From NCBI GenBank assembly GCA_963796275.1, contig CAWCKY010000001.1:256001-320000 (forward strand): a stretch of 64,000 nt of DNA. The letters are read 5' to 3'. Each line of letters opens with the position of its first letter. The first letter of the stretch is position 1. The translations under genes and the position numbers were made by a program. Shown here in pieces: positions 44,874 through 54,086 of the stretch. The notes beneath the pieces were generated by a model. It was not told the origin of the DNA. It ran no database searches and saw nothing but the letters and a program-made list of their open reading frames with translations. This DNA comes from an uncultured Acidobacteriota bacterium (GTDB taxonomy: Bacteria; Acidobacteriota; Blastocatellia; RBC074).

Positions 44874-45680
44874 ATGGCTCGTGTTCTAACTGCAATTGTC
44901 TTTCTGCCGATACTCTTCGCCGCCTTGTGGGCTGGCTCGCCCGTTTGGTTTGCCGGATTGGCCATGGCCGGCATACTTATCGGTCTGTTCGAATTCTACG
45001 CGCTGACAAAACATGGGGGCGAGACTCAGGGAGTAATCGCGGCCGCCTCTATCCTCGCCGCCTTTTATTTTCAACGTCACGACCTGATCCCCGCGATAGT
45101 GGCCTTTCTGGTGATCGTTGAATTGGTCGTGCAACTTGGAGTCAACGCCAAAAAGGAAGATTTGAGCGATGTTCTGACAGCGGCGTCTATCAATGTCTTC
45201 GGTGTGCTCTATACGGCTCTTCTGGGCGGTTATATTATCGCGCTTCGTGTGATCGAGAGCCCGATATCCAATCTGGCCGCGAAACTCCTGACGCTTTTCT
45301 TCATAGTTGTTTTTGCAGGCGATACTGCCGCATATTACACGGGCCGCGCATTCGGGCGGATCAAGCTGGCACCCAAGATCAGTCCGGGAAAAACCATCGA
45401 AGGAGCATTTGGCGGACTATTCGGAAATGTGCTCGCCGCGTTGATCGCGTCTCTGACGTTCTTTCCCGAGTTGAATGTAACCTTGGCGGTTCCTCTCGCT
45501 TTGGTTATGGGCGCGGCCGGCATAACCGGCGATCTGTGCGAATCGATGATCAAGCGAGGCGCGAAAGCGAAAGATGCGAGCAAGTTGATTCCCGGTCACG
45601 GCGGTTTGCTCGACCGGCTGGATAGCATGCTCTTCAATGCGCCGTTGTTATATTACTTTTATTATATTTGGATGAAGTAA
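44874..45680 (+). CDS. cdsA: Phosphatidate cytidylyltransferase
   Basis: DTAAYYTG; ISPGKTIEG; GDLCESMIKR..KD..IPGHGGLLDRLDS. Confidence 0.97.
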   Translation: MARVLTAIVFLPILFAALWAGSPVWFAGLAMAGILIGLFEFYALTKHGGETQGVIAAASILAAFYFQRHDLIPAIVAFLVIVELVVQLGVNAKKEDLSDVLTAASINVFGVLYTALLGGYIIALRVIESPISNLAAKLLTLFFIVVFAGDTAAYYTGRAFGRIKLAPKISPGKTIEGAFGGLFGNVLAALIASLTFFPELNVTLAVPLALVMGAAGITGDLCESMIKRGAKAKDASKLIPGHGGLLDRLDSMLFNAPLLYYFYYIWMK

Positions 45681-45682
45681 AT

Positions 45683-46849
45683 ATGAAACGGATTGCGATT
45701 CTCGGTTCAACGGGTTCGATCGGCTGCAACACGCTGCGCGTCGTCGAGACGCTCGCGCGTGAATTCGGCGTGGCTGCGCTCGGCGCAGGATCCAATGTTG
45801 AATTGCTGGCCGAACAGATCGAACGGCACCGTCCCGAAGTCGTTTCCGTTTTAGATGAAGAGAACGCGGAAAGACTGCTCTTCGAGCTCAATAGGCGGAG
45901 CGTGACCGCCAAACCGAAGATCGGCGTCGGCATCGATGGTTTGAGCGATGTCGCCACTTGCCCGGGCGTCGAGATCGTGATCGGAGCCCTGGTCGGGGCG
46001 ATCGGATTGTTACCGACCTACCGCGCCCTCGAAATGGGGCGCCGTGTCGCGCTGGCCAACAAAGAGACGATGGTAATCGCCGGCGAACTCATGACGCAGG
46101 CCGCCGAAAAATCGGGCGCTGAACTGTTGCCGGTCGATAGCGAGCATAATGCCTTGCACCAATGCCTAAATGGCGTGAAGCGTGCGGAGCTGAAGCGGTT
46201 GATATTGACCGCTTCAGGAGGGCCTTTCCGATCGTCCGATAAGGAAAATATCGAGAATGCGACGCCGGCCCAGGCGCTCAAACATCCGACCTGGCAAATG
46301 GGGGCCAAGATCACGATCGATTCGGCGACCTTGATGAATAAAGGTCTGGAGGTGATCGAAGCACATTGGCTCTTCAAATGTTCCGCCGATGAGATCGATA
46401 TAGTCGTTCATCCGCAATCGGTCGTGCATTCGATGATCGAACTGGTCGACGGCTCGATCATCGCTCAACTCGGCATGACCGACATGCGGCACGCCATTCA
46501 ATACTCGTTGACATACCCCGACCGCCTTCCATCCCAGCTCCCCAGGCTCGACCTGATGTCGTTGGGGAAACTCGAGTTTTTCGCTCCCGATACAGAAAAA
46601 TTCCCATGTATAACAATAGCCTACGACGCCTTACGGAATGGAGGCACGATGCCGGCCGTTTTAAATGCGGCCAATGAAGTTGCGGTCGCCGCATTTTTCG
46701 AAGAAAAGATCAAATTCGGTGACATCCCGCGGTTGATTCGCGCTGCATGCGAGGCTCATGCGCCGCAGCCGGCAACTAGCCTGGAGACAGTGCTCGCCGC
46801 AGATAAGTGGGCGAGGGAATGGGTGAGAGGGAGAACAGAGAATGGATGA
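45683..46849 (+). CDS. dxr: 1-deoxy-D-xylulose 5-phosphate reductoisomerase
   Basis: LGSTGSIG; LANKE; PVDSEH; TASGGPF; HPTWQMG.KITIDSAT; NAANE. Confidence 0.98.
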   Translation: MKRIAILGSTGSIGCNTLRVVETLAREFGVAALGAGSNVELLAEQIERHRPEVVSVLDEENAERLLFELNRRSVTAKPKIGVGIDGLSDVATCPGVEIVIGALVGAIGLLPTYRALEMGRRVALANKETMVIAGELMTQAAEKSGAELLPVDSEHNALHQCLNGVKRAELKRLILTASGGPFRSSDKENIENATPAQALKHPTWQMGAKITIDSATLMNKGLEVIEAHWLFKCSADEIDIVVHPQSVVHSMIELVDGSIIAQLGMTDMRHAIQYSLTYPDRLPSQLPRLDLMSLGKLEFFAPDTEKFPCITIAYDALRNGGTMPAVLNAANEVAVAAFFEEKIKFGDIPRLIRAACEAHAPQPATSLETVLAADKWAREWVRGRTENG

Positions 46850-46949
46850 TAATCAGACAAATTGGCAAACGGCAAAGAGTCCTGAGGAGGAGGCAACCGA
46901 TAAAATACAGAGTTCTCTTCACCTGCCCCTGGCCGTACCACTGACTACT

Positions 46950-46978
46950 TTGACACATCAGATCGCCTGCAATACACT
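46950..46978 (+). promoter_or_regulatory. Sigma70 promoter of rseP
   Basis: TTGACA-17 nt-TACACT. Confidence 0.65.
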
Positions 46979-47038
46979 TAGATATAATTATAATGATATT
47001 TGCTGTTGGAGTGGACCAGCCAAAAAAGGAGTAATAAG

Positions 47039-48421
47039 GTGGGTATAATTGCGTTCGTCGTTATTCTATGCGCGATGATAGTTATTCACGAATTTGGTCA
47101 TTTCATCGTCGCAAAAATGCTGGGAATTGCAGTTGAAACATTTTCTGTCGGCTTTGGGCCGCGACTTCTCGGGTTCAAGATCGGCGATACAGATTATCGC
47201 CTGAGCGCGATTCCTCTGGGAGGATATGTCAAATTTCGCGGCGAGAACCTTGAAATGCTGCAAGGCAAGAGTGAAGGCACGATTGACGAATTCCTCGCGC
47301 ACCCGAAATGGAAGCGCTTCCTCGTTGCATTCGCCGGCCCTGCATTCAACATCGCCACTGCTCTCTTGATTCCGGCAATCGCGATAATGATCGGTTTCCG
47401 CGGCATCTCCGATCAGATTCCCAAACCGGTCATTAGCTATGTCGGCACCGGTTCCGCGGCCGAAAAAGCGGGTTTTCAACAGGGCGATCGTATCATCGCT
47501 TTCCACGGTATCAGTAATCCAACCTGGCGCGACGTCGAGTTGGACGTCTATTTGCACCCGAATGAAGATATCCCGGCCAGAGTCGAGCGTGGAGAAAAGG
47601 TGCTCGATCTTACACTCACGCCTCAGGCCCGACAAATTGAAAGAGAAGTCATCGGCGATTCGGGAATGAGCGCGGATACCAATCTCGATAGCGTTCGTGT
47701 AGTGGAAGTGACTTCCGGCTCGCCGGCCGAGCAGGCGGGTCTCAAAGCCGGGGATAAGATTCTTGCGATTAACGGCCAGCCGATCAAAGCATGGAGTCAG
47801 TTCAAAAATCAATTACGCGACAGCAACGGCCAGCCTGTGACTCTCGGGCTGGTGCGCGATCAGGGCACGTCGGAGATTCGGGTCACTCCGTTCATGCAAT
47901 CGGGCGAGTATCGCCTGGGATTCAGACCGGATCTTACAGTCACCATCAAAACAAATTCCATCATTACGGCCTTGCAATACGGTTGGGATTTCAACTGGAT
48001 GATCGTGCGTGTGACCGGCGTTGCGCTCCAACAGATATTCAACGGTCGCCGTTCGGCGCGGGATGCTCTCGGTGGTCCGGTCAGAATCGCGCAGGAGACG
48101 GTAACCACTTATGACGCCTTCGGCTGGGCCGGGATTATCAACTGGATGGGCATGCTCAGCCTCAATCTGGGCCTGATCAATCTGCTTCCCATACCGGTTC
48201 TCGATGGCGGGGTGATAATGCTGATTATCGTCGAATGGATCATGGGGCTCGTCGGATTGAGCCTTACAATGAACGTTCGCGAGCGCATACAGCAAGTCGG
48301 ATTCGTTATGGTACTGCTGTTGATGGGATTTGTGATTGTTAATGATTTCGTGAACCTTGGTAAAAGGTGGTTGAGCGATCCCCCGGCGCAGGAACAACCT
48401 GCATCACAACCTACTAAGTAA
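47039..48421 (+). CDS. rseP: RIP metalloprotease RseP (two PDZ domains)
   Basis: HEFGH; FSVGFGP; PLGGYV; AGPAFN; NLLPIPVLDGG; AAGGAG SD, GTG start. Confidence 0.96.
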   Translation: MGIIAFVVILCAMIVIHEFGHFIVAKMLGIAVETFSVGFGPRLLGFKIGDTDYRLSAIPLGGYVKFRGENLEMLQGKSEGTIDEFLAHPKWKRFLVAFAGPAFNIATALLIPAIAIMIGFRGISDQIPKPVISYVGTGSAAEKAGFQQGDRIIAFHGISNPTWRDVELDVYLHPNEDIPARVERGEKVLDLTLTPQARQIEREVIGDSGMSADTNLDSVRVVEVTSGSPAEQAGLKAGDKILAINGQPIKAWSQFKNQLRDSNGQPVTLGLVRDQGTSEIRVTPFMQSGEYRLGFRPDLTVTIKTNSIITALQYGWDFNWMIVRVTGVALQQIFNGRRSARDALGGPVRIAQETVTTYDAFGWAGIINWMGMLSLNLGLINLLPIPVLDGGVIMLIIVEWIMGLVGLSLTMNVRERIQQVGFVMVLLLMGFVIVNDFVNLGKRWLSDPPAQEQPASQPTK

Positions 48422-48558
48422 GCTTCTTTTCAGGAAATAGTCGGGATTAACGGGAATACTCCGGATTTGCGGATCGAGGTAAATCTGGATAATTCCTGTT
48501 AATCAGGACTGAATCTCATTAGCTTTAAGGCGTCGCCCCCCTAACCCCCCCCCCAAAT

Positions 48559-50070
48559 ATGGCGCAAGAAGAAAAATTCGTTCGCGGTCTGGGCCTCTTC
48601 GATTCAACAATGATCGTCGCGGGAGCGATGATCGGTTCCGGCATCTTCATCGTTTCTGCCGACATAGCTAGACAGGTTGGCGCCCCGGGCTGGTTGCTCG
48701 TGGTCTGGGTGGTCACCGGTCTGCTCACGCTGATGGCAGCTCTCAGCTATGGCGAACTCGCAGCTATGATGCCCAGGGCTGGCGGGCAATACGTTTATCT
48801 GCGCGAGGCCTATTCGCCGCTATGGGGGTTTCTCTACGGCTGGACTTTGTTTCTGGTGATTCAGACGGGCACGATCGCAGCGGTGGCCATCGGTTTCGCG
48901 CGTTATCTCGGCATACTATGGCCGGCAATTTCCGAGAACAATTACATTATCAGTCCGATTCATCTGAGTTCCGGGTATGCGATCTCGCTTTCCACGGCGC
49001 AGCTAGTCGGGGTTTTGATAATCGCCCTGCTGACGTGGATGAATACGCGCGGGTTGAAGCTGGGCAAGCTTGTCCAGAATGTATTTACGGTTTCGAAGAC
49101 TGGCGCCTTGATCGCTTTGATCGTCCTGGGAGTGACGGTCGGTTATCAGGCCGTTGCGGCGGGCGCCAACTTCGGCGACCTGTGGACTGTTCGCGGTCAA
49201 TTGCAAGATGTCGGTCAGGGGCTCACGGCAGCCACAGCATTCGGATTGTTCGTTGGCATTTGTGTAGCTCAGACCAATTCCCTTTTCTCCGCCGATTCCT
49301 GGCATAACATCACATTCACCGCGGGCGAGGTAAAAGAACCGAAACGCAATATCCCGCTATCTCTTGCGCTCGGCACCGGTTTAGTGATCATCCTTTATCT
49401 GCTGGCGAACATCGCTTATCTGGCGTCATTGCCGTTTTCGGAGATTCAAACGGTGGCGAGCGATCGGGTGGCTTCGGCGACAGCCGAGGTCATCTTCCCC
49501 GGCTACGGCGCGACGTTGATGGCAGCTGCGATCATGGTCTCGACTTTCGGCTGCAACAATGGGTTGATCCTGGCGGGCGCGCGCGCTTACTACGCGATGG
49601 CTCGCGATGGGCTTTTCTTCCAACGGGCCGGGCAACTCAATCGCTTCGCGGTTCCCGCCTGGGGACTGGCGATTCAAGGTATCTGGGCGGCATTTTACGT
49701 GTTGCCCCGAACAGTAAGGCGGGCGGCAGATGGCACCGTCAGCGGCTACGGCAATCTTTACGGCGATCTGCTGACCTACGTCATCTCGGCTGCATTGATC
49801 TTCTACATCCTGACGATCACCGGAATTTATGTTCTGCGCGTCAAACAACCGCATGCGGATAGGCCGTATCGTGCGTTCGGTTATCCGGTGGTTCCTGCGC
49901 TATACATCATCGGCGCGTCTGTGATACTAGCGGTTCTCTTCATTTATCAAACGGCGACCACTTGGCCGGGATTGGTGATAGTGATGACCGGCGTCCCTGT
50001 CTATTTCCTCTGGCGTGCCTTGGCGCGCAAACGCGGAATTGCACCTGCGGAAGCGATCGAAGTGAAGTAG
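48559..50070 (+). CDS. APC-family amino acid permease
   Basis: GAMIGSGIF; YGELAAMMPRAGGQYVYL; GEVKEPKRN; RPYRAFGYP. Confidence 0.93.
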   Translation: MAQEEKFVRGLGLFDSTMIVAGAMIGSGIFIVSADIARQVGAPGWLLVVWVVTGLLTLMAALSYGELAAMMPRAGGQYVYLREAYSPLWGFLYGWTLFLVIQTGTIAAVAIGFARYLGILWPAISENNYIISPIHLSSGYAISLSTAQLVGVLIIALLTWMNTRGLKLGKLVQNVFTVSKTGALIALIVLGVTVGYQAVAAGANFGDLWTVRGQLQDVGQGLTAATAFGLFVGICVAQTNSLFSADSWHNITFTAGEVKEPKRNIPLSLALGTGLVIILYLLANIAYLASLPFSEIQTVASDRVASATAEVIFPGYGATLMAAAIMVSTFGCNNGLILAGARAYYAMARDGLFFQRAGQLNRFAVPAWGLAIQGIWAAFYVLPRTVRRAADGTVSGYGNLYGDLLTYVISAALIFYILTITGIYVLRVKQPHADRPYRAFGYPVVPALYIIGASVILAVLFIYQTATTWPGLVIVMTGVPVYFLWRALARKRGIAPAEAIEVK

Positions 50071-50195
50071 CGACGATTAGGGATTGACCGATTTAATGCT
50101 TAGGTTTAGAGTTAGCCGCCTCTATTTTGGAGATCCATTACATCGCATCACCCCTGTTTGGACTAATCCAAAAATTCTCTACCTGGAGGGTATAG

Positions 50196-51698
50196 ATGTC
50201 ATTATTTGCGATCAAATCGATAGATAAGATCAAGGCTGAAGCCGAATCCAGCGGCGAACATTCGCTGAAGCGCGCGCTCGGCCCGGTGAACCTTGTGACG
50301 CTCGGCATCGGCGCGATTATCGGGACAGGCATCTTCGTGTTGACCGGCCAGGCGGCCGCATTGCACGCGGGCCCGGCCATCGTAATTTCAATGATCATAG
50401 CGGGCCTGGTCAGCGCGCTCGCAGGGCTTTGCTATTCTGAGTTCGCCTCTACCGTACCGATCGCCGGTTCGGCATACACCTATGGCTATGCGACGCTCGG
50501 GGAATTCGTCGCATGGATTATCGGGTGGGACCTCATTCTCGAATACGCGCTGGGCGCAGCGACAGTCGCGGTCGGATGGTCAGGATATCTCATAAGTATC
50601 TTCAAGGATTTCGGCATTCAGTTTCCCGCCGCACTCAGCGCCGCGCCGGGCACCCCCGTTCAGACGCTGGGAGGAGAAGTCACTGCCGTATTCAATCTGC
50701 CTGCCGTGGTGATCACCGCAATCGTGACGACGCTGCTCGTCATAGGTATCAAGGAATCGGCAAACGTCAACTCCGCCATTGTGATCATCAAAGTTGCGGT
50801 CATTATCATGATCATTGCCCTCGGCGCGATCTTCATCGACTCTGGTTTATGGAGTCCGTTCATTCCCGAAAACACCGGCAAATTCGGAGAGTTCGGTTGG
50901 AGCGGGATTATGCGCGGAGCAGGTGTGATCTTTTTCGCTTATATCGGATTTGACGCGGTATCGACGGCGGCCCAGGAAGCAAAGAATCCGCAGAAGGATA
51001 TGCCGTGGGGGATTCTCGGGTCACTCGCCATCTGTACGGTACTATACGTCCTGGTCTCCGGCGTTATGGTGGGACTCGTGCCCTATAAAGAATTGAGCGG
51101 TGCTGCGCCGATGGCGACCGCCGTCAATTATGCTCGCCAGCTGTCGACGGGAACGGTATGGGAACCGATAATGAGATTCATGCCGTTTCTGGTGAAGCTG
51201 GGAGCCATTGCTGGATTGAGCTCGACGATGGTGGTTATGATGCTGGGTCAGCCGCGTATCTTCTACTCGATGGGGAAAGATGGGCTACTGCCCGGCTGGG
51301 CGAGCAGAGTTCATAAGAAGTACCGTACGCCGTACATCACCACCATCGTAACCGGTGTGGTGGTCTCGATAGCTGCGGGCTTCACGCCGATAAATGTGCT
51401 CGGCGAGTTAGTCAGCATCGGTACTCTGTTCGCTTTCGTCATTGTATCGATCGGGATTATTTTCATGCGCTACCGGCGTCCCGATATGTACCGTCCGTTC
51501 AAGACGCCACTCGTGCCGCTTGTCCCTATACTCTCGGCGGTTGCGAGCATTGCGTTGATGGCAAGTCTGCCGGGTGAGACCTGGGAGCGGCTGCTCATCT
51601 GGATGGGCATCGGATTGATTATCTACTTCGCGTATGGCTACCGGAAAAGTAAACTGCGTCACCAGGAAGCTTCTAGCGACTCCATAGCAGCGGACTGA
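50196..51698 (+). CDS. APC-family amino acid permease (cationic amino acid transporter-like)
   Basis: GIGAIIGTGIF; CYSEFAS.VP.AGSAYTY; FFAYIGFDAVST.AQE. Confidence 0.94.
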   Translation: MSLFAIKSIDKIKAEAESSGEHSLKRALGPVNLVTLGIGAIIGTGIFVLTGQAAALHAGPAIVISMIIAGLVSALAGLCYSEFASTVPIAGSAYTYGYATLGEFVAWIIGWDLILEYALGAATVAVGWSGYLISIFKDFGIQFPAALSAAPGTPVQTLGGEVTAVFNLPAVVITAIVTTLLVIGIKESANVNSAIVIIKVAVIIMIIALGAIFIDSGLWSPFIPENTGKFGEFGWSGIMRGAGVIFFAYIGFDAVSTAAQEAKNPQKDMPWGILGSLAICTVLYVLVSGVMVGLVPYKELSGAAPMATAVNYARQLSTGTVWEPIMRFMPFLVKLGAIAGLSSTMVVMMLGQPRIFYSMGKDGLLPGWASRVHKKYRTPYITTIVTGVVVSIAAGFTPINVLGELVSIGTLFAFVIVSIGIIFMRYRRPDMYRPFKTPLVPLVPILSAVASIALMASLPGETWERLLIWMGIGLIIYFAYGYRKSKLRHQEASSDSIAAD

Positions 51699-52090
51699 GT
51701 GAGAAATACTCACCACACGGAACACTAAAGAAGGAGATCAGGCGGTACAAAGAGCAGGTGGAAAGGGGAACCACGGGTTCGACTTCTTCCCCATCTTTGT
51801 GCAGATTGATCTCCTTTTGTACTATTTGTGGTGAATTTCCGATTCCCTTGACTCATCGATATCCGGCATTGTATTGTGATTTTTTCGCAGATTCTATCTA
51901 TATATCTCATGGCAAGCCTTCCTAAGAATTATTCCCAACACTGGCGATGCGGGCGCGACCGTTGTCGATTCGACTAGCGTCCTGACCATTGCTACATCAA
52001 AGCTGCAGCAGTAATTACAACTAGAATATGCGAATGTAATAATCTTTCCTGCTGTAGAGTTCATCAATACCAACATAAGAAGGAGAAAAG

Positions 52091-52726
52091 ATGTCATTAC
52101 GTATTGGCGAAGTCGTCCCTGATTTCACGGCGGAAACGACCGAGGGCACGATAAAGTTTCACGAATGGATTGGCGATAATTGGGCGATTCTCTTCTCGCA
52201 TCCGAAGAATTTCACTCCGGTTTGTACGACCGAGCTCGGTTATATGGCCGGTCTCAAACCAGAGTTCGAGAAGAGGAAGGTCAAAGTAATCGGGCTGAGC
52301 GTCGATAATGTGGACTCGCACAAGAAATGGTCGGAGGACATTAAGGAGACGCAGGGCAACGCGCTCAACTTCCCCGTCATCGCCGACTCTGACCAGAAAG
52401 TAGCGAAGCTTTACGATATGATCCATCCCGAGGTGAGCGATATCTTCACCGTTCGTTCAGTATTCGTGATCGGGCCGGATAAGAAGGTTAAGGCGATGCT
52501 CACCTATCCGGCGAGTACCGGCCGCAACTTCGATGAGATTCTGCGCCTCGTAGATTCGGTGCAGCTCACCGCTAAACACAGCGTCGCAACCCCTGTCAAT
52601 TGGAAGCAGGGTGATGATTGCATCATCGTCCCTTCACTCTCCGACGAGCAGGCAAAGGAGAAATTCCCCGGCGGGTGGAAGACGCTCAAACCATACCTGC
52701 GCATCGTTGCGCAACCCGGGAAGTAA
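52091..52726 (+). CDS. 1-Cys peroxiredoxin (Prx6)
   Basis: FSHPKNFTPVCTTE; YPASTGRNFDE; ATPVNW; KPYLR. Confidence 0.95.
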   Translation: MSLRIGEVVPDFTAETTEGTIKFHEWIGDNWAILFSHPKNFTPVCTTELGYMAGLKPEFEKRKVKVIGLSVDNVDSHKKWSEDIKETQGNALNFPVIADSDQKVAKLYDMIHPEVSDIFTVRSVFVIGPDKKVKAMLTYPASTGRNFDEILRLVDSVQLTAKHSVATPVNWKQGDDCIIVPSLSDEQAKEKFPGGWKTLKPYLRIVAQPGK

Positions 52727-52804
52727 GGTGAGATAGGGCGACGGGGTGAATCTTCGTAGGCGAAATCGCTTCGTCGCTCATCAGCTCCGTCGCCCAGTCC
52801 CGTT

Positions 52805-53839
52805 TCAGACTGTTTTCGTCACTTTTGACAGCATCCTCGGGTTATCCGGACTTAAACCTTTAGCCTCGGCCAGATAAGCGGCGAAGAGTTGCGCTGGTAT
52901 GATGTATGGGATCGGCGAGAGGATTTCGCTGATGCGCTGTGGAATTTTAAGGGTGCGCGACCCTGCTTTGAGCGCTGACGCTTCGCTTGAAATCACCACG
53001 GTCTCGGCGCCGATTTCGCTCAGTTTTTCCAATAATTCCTTGGTTCCCTTCATGGTAGGCCCGGGGGGCGCGAACAGGAAAACGGGAAAACCTCTATCGA
53101 CCATTGCAATTGGCCCATGCAGAAAGTCAGCGCCGGAAAACCGCTCAGCCACGACATAACAGGTCTCCATCAGCTTGATCGCAAATTCGTAAGCGTTGGC
53201 GTAATTCAAACCGCGGCCGACGACGACGCAATTCTCCATAAAGGCATAACGCTCGACTATCTCTTTCACCTGCGGCTGAATCTTGAGCGATTCCGCCGCC
53301 AGTTGCGGCAGAACCTCGATCTCCGCTTCATCTTTGTTCCGGCTGAGAGCTCGCGCGAGCATATGAAAGATCAACAATTGTCCGGTGTAAGTTTTGGTAG
53401 CGGCGACGCTGCGTTCGCGTCCGGCGTGGATCAGGAATGTTTCGTCCGCTTTCTTCGCCATCGATGACTCAGCCTCGTTAGTGATAGCCAGAGTTGTCGC
53501 TCCGCAGCGTTTGGCATTTTCAAGGACAATGTTGATATCGACTCCTTCTCCTGATTGCGAGATGCCGACGACGAGGGTGTTTTGCAAATCTAGCTTTGCT
53601 TTATAAAGTGTATGAATCGCGGGGGCGGCTAGCGATACCGGGATCCCGGTTGTCATCTCGAGCAAATAACGGCCGAAAAGTGCGGCATTATCCGAGCTGC
53701 CGCGCGCGACCAGTACGATCAAGCGCGGGCGATGATCGTTCAACGTAGCTCCGAAACGCGCTATCTTCTTAGCTTCTCTTTTGATCGTCCGTTCGATGAC
53801 GCTCGGCTGTTCTTCGATTTCCGTTAGCATTAAGGACAT
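52805..53839 (-). CDS. SIS-domain amino-sugar isomerase/deaminase (GlmS C-terminal-like)
   Basis: EIEEQP; ARGSSDNAA; ISQSGE; SVAATKTY; KLMET; DFLHGP; PDNPRMLSKVT. Confidence 0.9.
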   Translation of the reverse strand: MSLMLTEIEEQPSVIERTIKREAKKIARFGATLNDHRPRLIVLVARGSSDNAALFGRYLLEMTTGIPVSLAAPAIHTLYKAKLDLQNTLVVGISQSGEGVDINIVLENAKRCGATTLAITNEAESSMAKKADETFLIHAGRERSVAATKTYTGQLLIFHMLARALSRNKDEAEIEVLPQLAAESLKIQPQVKEIVERYAFMENCVVVGRGLNYANAYEFAIKLMETCYVVAERFSGADFLHGPIAMVDRGFPVFLFAPPGPTMKGTKELLEKLSEIGAETVVISSEASALKAGSRTLKIPQRISEILSPIPYIIPAQLFAAYLAEAKGLSPDNPRMLSKVTKTV

Positions 53840-53887
53840 ATGAAATAAAGAAATTTTGATGACTGTCGATGTTCAGGATATTGCATC

Positions 53888-54050
53888 CACAGCCCCCCGG
53901 AAGGGCGGGATACTTCTAAAGTATTCGATTTAGGAATGTATTGCGCTCCGTCAGGAGCGAAATGTGATGCGTCAGATATCGCCCTGCTGAGGCTGGAATC
54001 GATGGTGGACGTTGATCTAAAATCTGGGCCCCGCTGAGGGAATGAATTCC
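53888..54050. repeat. REP-like cluster of short GC hairpins
   Basis: GCCCCCCGGAAGGGC, GCTCCGTCAGGAGC, GCCCTGCTGAGGC and GCCCCGCTGAGGG spaced through an intergenic gap. Confidence 0.55.
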
Positions 54051-54086
54051 ACATTCAGCGTTTGCCTCGATTTCTCCTGCCAGCCT

